Assembly (NCBI RefSeq): GCF_009914755.1
Contig: NC_060936.1
Source of the DNA: the human T2T-CHM13v2.0 reference genome, Homo sapiens
Length of the DNA: 64,000 nt
Reading direction: 5' to 3' (one strand)
The notes beneath the pieces were generated by a model, which was not told the origin of the DNA, did not search any database, and saw nothing but the letters and a program-made list of their open reading frames with translations. The translations under genes were made by a program, and so were the position numbers. This document shows, piece by piece, positions 56,633 to 64,000 of the stretch; position 1 is the stretch's first letter, and the number at the start of each line of letters is the position of its first letter.

Positions 56633-57015
56633 AAGTGGGTTGAGTAGCGCCCTTACCCCGAAAAATTCATGTCCATGCAGAACCTCATAATGTGACCTTA
56701 TTTATGGAAGAGGTTTTGCAGATAGAATTTGTTTAGATGAGGTCATAGTGGATTAAGGTGGCCCTAAACCTAATGACTGAGGTCCTTATAAGTAGAGGAA
56801 AGGATACACAGAGACACACAGAGAGAAGAAGGCAATGTAAAGATGGAGGCAGAGATTGGAGTGAAGGACTGCCAGTAGCCATAGGAAGCGAGGAGACGGC
56901 CGTGTGACGATTCTCCCTCAGAGCCTCCAGGAGGAACCCACCCTGCTGGCACTTTCATTTTGGACTTCTGGATTTTGATTGTTTTAAGCCAAGAAATTTG
57001 AGGTAGTTGTTCTGG
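56633..57015 (+). mobile_element. MLT1 (A/B-like) LTR
   Basis: aaaattcatgtcc..agaacctca.aatgtgaccttattt...gatggaggcagagattggagtg; boundaries approximate. Confidence 0.75.
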
Positions 57016-57249
57016 GAGTCTTAAGAGAGTTAGCAACTTAGAAATATGATTGGGTTGAGCATTTCATGAAGAGGCAGTGTGATATGGTGGCTAGAAGAAC
57101 ATAACATGAGGGGCCCAGGCTGGGCTCACATCCCCAGCCAACCATTACCAATTATGTGATCTTGGGCAAGCTATTTAACTTTCCTCTGCCTCAGTTTCCC
57201 CTGCTACAAAATAATAAAAGTATCTAGCTCATAAGATGGTTGTTTAAAG

Positions 57250-57591
57250 CAGTGGTCCCCAACCTTTTTGGCACCAGGGACTAGTTTCTTGGAAGACCAT
57301 TTTTGCATGGACCTGGGGTGGGGGGATCAGGATGAAACTGTTCCGCCTCAGATCTTCAGGCATTAGTTAAATTCTCATAAGGAACGCACAACCTAGATTC
57401 CTAGCATGTGCATTTCACAATAAGGTTCACCCTCCTATGAGAATCGAATGCCGCCGCTGATCTGACAGGAGGTGGAGCTCAGGCAGTAATGTGAGTGATG
57501 GGGAGTGGCTGTAAATACAGATGAAGCTTCACTTGTTCACATGCAGCTCACCTCCACTACCGGCCCACGGCCTGGGGGTTGGAGACCCCTG
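57250..57591 (-). mobile_element. MER1 (A/B-like) MITE inserted in a MIR (~57070-57670)
   Basis: TIRs cagtggtccccaacc / ggttggagacccctg; 8-bp TSD GTTTAAAG. Confidence 0.9.
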
Positions 57592-57744
57592 GTTTAAAGC
57601 ATTAATACCTATGCAGCACTAAGAGTCATGTCTGTTATCAGGGAATGTACCACTATAAATTTCAGCTATTGCAGTAAGCCAAGGCACACAAAGTTCTGGT
57701 TTTCCATTTTACTACAATCACCACTATGAATGGGAATAATAATT

Positions 57745-57985
57745 ATGACTCTCTGTCTATTAAATGTGAGGCACTGTACAAACCAGATTGTGCGTGATGT
57801 ATTTTATCTCCAATTCTTACGATAATGCTGTAAGGGAAGTAGAATAATCTTCATTTTATAGATGAAGAAACTGAGGCTCAGAGAGGTTGACTCATCTGGT
57901 GAGGATCACACATTAAGGAGTGGTGGAATCGAGATTCATGCTCAGGTCTATAGGACTTAAGTGCTTTTCCATAATACCACGCTGC
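57745..57985 (-). mobile_element. MIR
   Basis: cattttatagatgaagaaactgaggctcagagaggtt. Confidence 0.78.
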
Positions 57986-58156
57986 CCCCTTGGGCGGGCA
58001 CCAGTTCTGTCCCCCACTGTGTTACCAGCCCTGGCACAATGCCTGGGTCATAACAAGTATGTCCAAAACACTTGATAAATTCATTGATTCACTAATTATA
58101 AGATAGATGCATGCCCCTGACATTGGCATTATTGATTTTTCTCTTAAGCTGGATTC

Positions 58157-58227
58157 AAATAACATAGACAAACATAGACAACATAGACAAACACAGACAA
58201 ATAACATAGACAAACAAATAACATAGT
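58157..58227. repeat. Short tandem repeat (AACATAGACA)n
   Basis: Read directly. Confidence 0.85.
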
Positions 58228-59039
58228 ACCCAATACCAATAAAGCTAGAGATCATCGATCCCTCAATGAGCCAACAGATTACTGGGAACATCACATTCCC
58301 ACACTGATTTACACAGCATTTTATGTGGCCATACAAACTTGCTGGAAACAGGATCTGTTGTGACTTAGAGATGCCAGGAAAGGCAGCACTGAGATGTGAG
58401 ACTCCCTGAAGAAACACACTGTCCAGTAGTACCTTCACTGAGGGTGTGGTTTTCCATAGGAGATGGAGCAGGGAACAAACGCATACCTTATAACATTTTA
58501 TCCTCAAGCAGATTGCTAATCATGTCCTGCTCAGGCTTAACATTTGGTTTGAAGAAAAAAAGAGAAATTGACCATCAGGAACACTAAAAGTGGGACAGTT
58601 GGTGCGTCTACAAGTGTGGAAGGCCTGCGAGAACATGACAGTGTTCTTCATCCTTCTCCACTTAAAACATGGCTTGACACTGAAGCTGTTTGCATTTCCT
58701 GCTCCCCAGGTATAAGGATGGGGAAAAGGGAAAGGAAGCAGAAGCAGGGTCAGAGCTAAGGAGCCACGTGAAGCTGATTCCACATAAACAATTTTTTCTT
58801 CAAATCATCAATAATCAGCAGATGAAGCCGCAGGCAGGTAAATAAGAAGGGACTGAACTCAAGCCCAAGAAACAAAGCCAATTTCAGAAGCCCTTCAGTT
58901 TCTTGGTGAACTTCTGACATGATAAGATAAAAGGAAAAGTCTAAATAAACAAGTTATTATAGCTCGGATACAGATCAGAAGAGGAAAAATAATCTTAGGG
59001 AACGGTATAGTCATAAGCACGTGCTAAGTAAGCTCTCTC

Positions 59040-60260
59040 TCTCGATACAAGACCTGTGTGAAGCACTAGGGTTACCAGGACAAAAGACACTATTCTCATT
59101 GTCAAGAAGCTCAATATCTAGGACGGAAACAGACATGAAAACAAATTATTACAATATTTGCAGGGTGCAATACAAGTGGGGAAGAGGAAACCTAAGGGGT
59201 CAAAGAAGACTTCATAGAAGAGACAATGCTTGAGCTAAGACCAACATATTAAGAGAAGAAAGAGCATTTCAGATGGAGAGAGGAGCAGGGGCAGGGGCTG
59301 AAGGCAAGAAGCAGCATGACAAGTGGTTTGGTTTGACTCCAGCCTAGGGTGTGCATTTGGGGTCAAGTAAAAGCAAAGAGGTAGCCAAGAGACTAATTGT
59401 GAAAGCCTGGGACAACATGCTTAAGAAGTGTGAACTCGCTCTGAGGTGCTTAGAAGCCACTGAAAGATTTTAATGAGGAAATGGCTTAATCAGATTTGCA
59501 TTTGGAAAGATCACTCTGATACAGCATGAAGATGGTTTGGAGGGGCAAATCTAGAAAGAAGTTCAATCACACAACGGGAGATAGTGAGTGCTGGAATTAG
59601 ATTGTGGCAATGGGGAAGGTAAGGTAGAAACAGATACGGGAAATGGAATTGACATGACCTGGTGTCCACCAGAACACGAGAGGAGAGAGAATCTAAGGAG
59701 GCTTCCAGATTCTGTTGTAGTTGACAGGGAGAATGGTTAAGACAACCAGCAAGACAAGGAATAAAGAAGTCGCAGGTTTTACAGAGAAGATACTGAGTTT
59801 TTTTATGAAGACCTTAAACTTGAGATGTTTCCAAAACATAAATCCAGGCATTTATGTTCAGGAGACAGACATAAGAGCCTGGGGAACGCAGGATAAGTGC
59901 AGGTTAAAGAAGAGCATTTGAGAGTCATCGTAGGTAGTTAGATAGTAACTTAGGCCACATAAATGTATGAAATTGCCCAGAAAAGTGTGTGTAAGAAGAG
60001 CAAAGGAAAGGAAAAAGGAGAGAAAAACATCTGAAGACAGAACTCTGAGAACACTAATACTTCAATGACAGATAAGGAAGAAAGAACACATGAAAGAGAA
60101 TAAGAGGAAGCCCATAGAGGCAGAGGAGATTCAGGAAAGAATCATGGGCTCCTGGACACCCAAGGGAGGGAAAATGTCAAGCAGGAGGAAGGAGTCAACT
60201 GTTTCAAATGCAATAGAAAAATCAAGTCAAGCAAGGATTGAATGGATCTTCTCAATTAAT
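59040..60260 (-). mobile_element. Degenerate L2 fragment
   Basis: Purine-rich L2-like text (gaagccactgaaagattttaa, cagatttgcatttggaaagatcactctg); boundaries approximate. Confidence 0.6.
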
Positions 60261-60334
60261 AGAAATACCAAAATAAATTAAATAATAAGGAGCAGATTAG
60301 GAGTGTTCCTAGAATTTAGTAGATATTTGATAAA

Positions 60335-60569
60335 TGATGGGTGAATGGATGAAAGGACAGATGGATGAAGAGATGGATAGGTGGATGGATGAATAGATGG
60401 GTGGGTGGATGGATGGATAGATGGGTGGGTGGGTGGGTGGATGGATGGATAGATGGATGAGTGGATGGGTGGATGAGTGGATGGGTAGGTGGGGGATGGA
60501 TGGATGGATGGATGGATGGATGGATGGATGAGTGGATTGAGGGGTGGAATGGGTGGGTGGATGGATGGA
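60335..60569. repeat. (TGGA)n/(TGGG)n simple repeat
   Basis: Read directly. Confidence 0.95.
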
Positions 60570-63110
60570 AGCGCAACTATATTGGCTACCCCAAAATGAA
60601 TCTACTATCCTCATGATGGACTGGATTTATGATGATTCTTTCCAGAACCAGAGCAATGGACAAAGATGACCTCAGAGCATCCCTTCCAGAATAAGTTGTC
60701 TAGTATTCTACGTATGTCTACAGAAAAAAAGAAATGTGCAGTCTACAGAAAAGCAAGAAAACACTTTATAACTATTCTATTGAGAGGGGCCTTCCAAAGG
60801 TCACTCCATCTATCCCCCTCTCTGTGGCAGAATGTCAAGAGCAATTTTTAACACACACCATCTAATCTAAAGAAACCCACATATGCATGCATCCAAATCA
60901 GACTTTCCAGAAGAAAGGGAGGAGTACATGTGCATCTACCCTACCACCTCTTGCCTTCTGGCTGGGGGAATGGAAAAACTCGTCATCAGTATAGCTGCTG
61001 CCCCTGGAGCCAAGGGCACAGCCACAGAGCCAAGTCTCTGTGAAATGCATCAGATCAAACTCAATGATCAATAATAAAATCAACAGCCTTCTCAAAGCCA
61101 AAGGGGTTGAAATTCAGAAGGGGCAATATTGTAATTTCTCCTGGGGCTATACAGCATGCTCATTTTTGAGATTTACAGCCTTTAACCAATCCTCTGGATG
61201 CAAGGCATCATGCTAAGAAGTCAAGGTTTTTGACTAGGTGAGAGACCAGGTTCAGGTGAGTCACAATACAACAATTAAAGGGGTTTATGGACCCCCAGCC
61301 CCCCATCACTCCCTCCAGCTCCAACAGGAGAAATATAAACCCCTTATGAGGGCTAACCAATCAAACCATAAAATCCAATAGCCATACAGTTCAGCTGGAA
61401 GAATGTTCCTTTGTTAAACAAACAATGTGTCTGGAACACTTTTTGGTCCATTGTTCCATTCCAGGACAGAGACTGAAGCTATAGAAATAAATTAGTGATT
61501 TCAATCATGCTCATCCTGGACTGATCCTACTGGCACATGGAAACTTCCTGGCTGGGGCTGAAGAAGAGAATTAACTCTTTCAGGCAAAGGTTAGAGATGA
61601 GTGGGTGGGTGGCTAGAGAAGGCAAAGAAAGAGAATTCAAATGTAAATAACTATGGCAAGATAAAGGCAGGGCTGAATGACACTGAAAACAGACAAGTAT
61701 TTTTTTTCTTCAAGAGTCATTAAGAACAGCAAGGAAAGGAACAGTCAAAAGCATTTCTAGGTTCACACTGAGATTTTATCTGACCTTCATCAACTCAGTC
61801 ACTGAAGTCTAAAGACCTATCCTACAGTCTAAAGAAATAATGCCTCCCTCTAACTCAAGCTCCCATCAGGGCCCCAGGTACACTAGAAGGAGGTGGATAT
61901 AAAAAACACTGGGTTTGTGGTCTTCATGCTGCAAATGAGAAACAGTTTGGAGTTATTTTCCAGAATGAGACTTCCTTCCTCTTGAGAAGTTTCTATGCTG
62001 CTCTATCTTCTCTACTTGAGGAAGAGAATTTTGAGAGGCATGGACTTTAATGGTACCTTCAAACAGAAAGGCTGGGACCTGCTCTTCCCCTCCCACAGGC
62101 ATAGAGTAGGGACAGAGCCAGCTTCAGGTCCTGGCCTGCTGGCTAGACAGAGGACATTCATAGCTTGGTCAGACATCAGAGGGACAACTGGCCAAAGGAC
62201 TGGGGTCATGTGATGGGTCTTCTTTTCCAAGCTTTGGAGGAAACGTCAAAGGTGGGAGAGGCATCAGCTGGGGTGGTCTGAAAGAGCAATTAGGAGGGAG
62301 CAAAAGGAATGGAGAACAGGACACAGCCAAGTCGCCCACATCCCCAAACAGAGCTGCCTTTGTTTTCCTGATGCAAAGGACACAGCAGCAGACTAAAGCC
62401 CCAGGAAAAAAGGCAGAGATCTTGATCAAACTGGGGCCAGAGGGCATTGCATAGACCACTTGGGGGTACTCAGAGCCACAAAGGGGAGATATGCTGGACA
62501 GGAGGGCAGAGGAAGAAACAGAGGGGAAATTATGAGGATGAGGTTAAGAACTGAATGGGGAGATATGAGAGCAAAGACGGCTGCTGCATGAGCAGAGATG
62601 CTTCCTGTGGCTTCCCTGCCAGGGTTCCAAGTGAGCCTGAGCTCCTTATCAGTAGGGAGCATTCACCACCCACCACGTGCCCCATTGGAAACCCCCACCC
62701 CCAGCCCCATTAACACACACAGCCCGTGTCAGCCTAAAATCTCATGAGTGGCTCCATTTTCCCTTTCCGGGCTTCCCGTCACTCCCCGCCTAGCATGCTG
62801 AAAACTGAGCAATTAAATATCTGAGGCCCAAGTGCAGAGCATACACCCCCTCCATTAGAACTCAGGTTCACCTGAGGTAGAGGACACATGTCCCCCAGGG
62901 TTTGGACCACCTACTCTACTGCTGAGCCAGACCTAGAGATGCCTTCTCATAAATACACAACCACTCTGTAGAAACACTCATGGAAATGTCATTTAGCTGT
63001 TTAATATGCATCCTGAGTAAACTTCTCTTGCTCAGTCATTTATGCCACTGATTGGAAATAGCACAAATCCTAGGGTGGTCTGTGCATGTGTGCGTGTTTG
63101 ACATTAGGGT

Positions 63111-63112
<2 letters not shown>

Positions 63113-63150
<38 letters not shown>
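63113..63150. repeat. (TG)n microsatellite
   Basis: Read directly. Confidence 0.95.
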
Positions 63151-63151
<1 letters not shown>

Positions 63152-63469
63152 TGTCTGCCCAGCTGCCAGGGTCTCTGGACGTTCTGCATGACTTTCTTCA
63201 AGCTTTGAGAGGTGGCCCCCATGGAGAAGCAGGGTGTGGAGGGGCTCTAGGCCGGGAGCCCAGGTCTTCACTTCAAGTCCCTGCTCCTCTACCACCAGGA
63301 ACTGGGGCTTGGCAAGACACTTTGCCTTCTTAGACCTCGATTTCCCCATCTATGAAATGAGGACTTTGCTGAGATGACTGATCTCATAGGTCATTTCTAG
63401 CTCTGACATTTTCTGGATTTCTTAAATCCACTTTAAATAGCACCATGTAATTAGAATTAATTGTTATAA

Positions 63470-63715
63470 TTGCTAACATTGATTGATTGAGCCATGTGTG
63501 GTAGGAATTTCTCTAAGCCTTTTCTGTGCATTATCTAACTTAAACCTAATCCCAGCATTGTCAGGTATATATTAAAATTCCTGTTTTACAGATTGAAAAA
63601 ACCAAGTCACAGAAAAGTTAAAAATGTGGCCCAAGGTCACACAGGTAATGAATAACAGAGTTGGGAAACCTATAGAGGGACAGTCTTCCTCCAGACCCTG
63701 CACACTTAACTATGA
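63470..63715 (-). mobile_element. MIR
   Basis: gttttacagattgaaaaaaccaagtcacag...gcccaaggtcacacag. Confidence 0.72.
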
Positions 63716-64000
63716 CATTATATGGCCCCATTATAAAGGGAAGAACATTTGGAATCTGGGCCTCTCACCAGTCAAGGTGCAAGGCAATACCAGATAACAG
63801 CCACTGTGGGCAGTGATTCTAGCTGCCACCACCAGGACATTGCAAAATTCATGAGAAGAGGATGAAATTACTAGCCTCCATTCAAAGGACAAGGGCAGCT
63901 TCAGTTTCAGAGGTGTCATCCTTCTTCCTCTGTCCACCTGGCCAGCCTCAGATGTGGGCTGATATGAATGCCAAGCCCATAATTTAAAGTCTGTCCTTTC

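Noticed and set aside
57978-57998. CTCF-like AGGGGGCAGC
   Set aside because: The 5' part of the motif matches poorly; not supportable without a PWM score or ChIP data.
60309-60614. HPSI-repeat ORFs
   Set aside because: Translation of (TGGA)n.

Overview
Human-like (primate) genomic DNA, not microbial. The window lies inside the Ca2+-activated chloride channel gene ANO2 (TMEM16B), on the minus strand. Four canonical AG/GT exons (33661-33759, 12050-12201, 10033-10087, 7367-7418) splice in frame to [10 protein letters not shown]...PTKK|MYEIKAGG...EKMYL|YNIQEKD...RSRI|VHEILKR...NNTMG. A candidate 3-nt (GAG, Glu) microexon sits at 31570-31572. The rest is intron, dense in transposable elements: a decayed HERV-L pol with a truncated MLT2A LTR, interrupted by a complete two-LTR THE1 element; three structurally abnormal L1 insertions; Alus, MaLR/MLT2 solo LTRs, MER1/MER53/MER58 DNA-transposon fossils, L2/MIR; and simple repeats. 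Gene and repeat names come from recall of consensus sequences, not from a search. I see no new protein-coding system. The most unusual signals are the microexon and its splicing context, an L1 whose 5' junction carries an 80-bp fold-back copy of its own target site, and an inverted L1 with a large internal gap and a second poly(A) tail.
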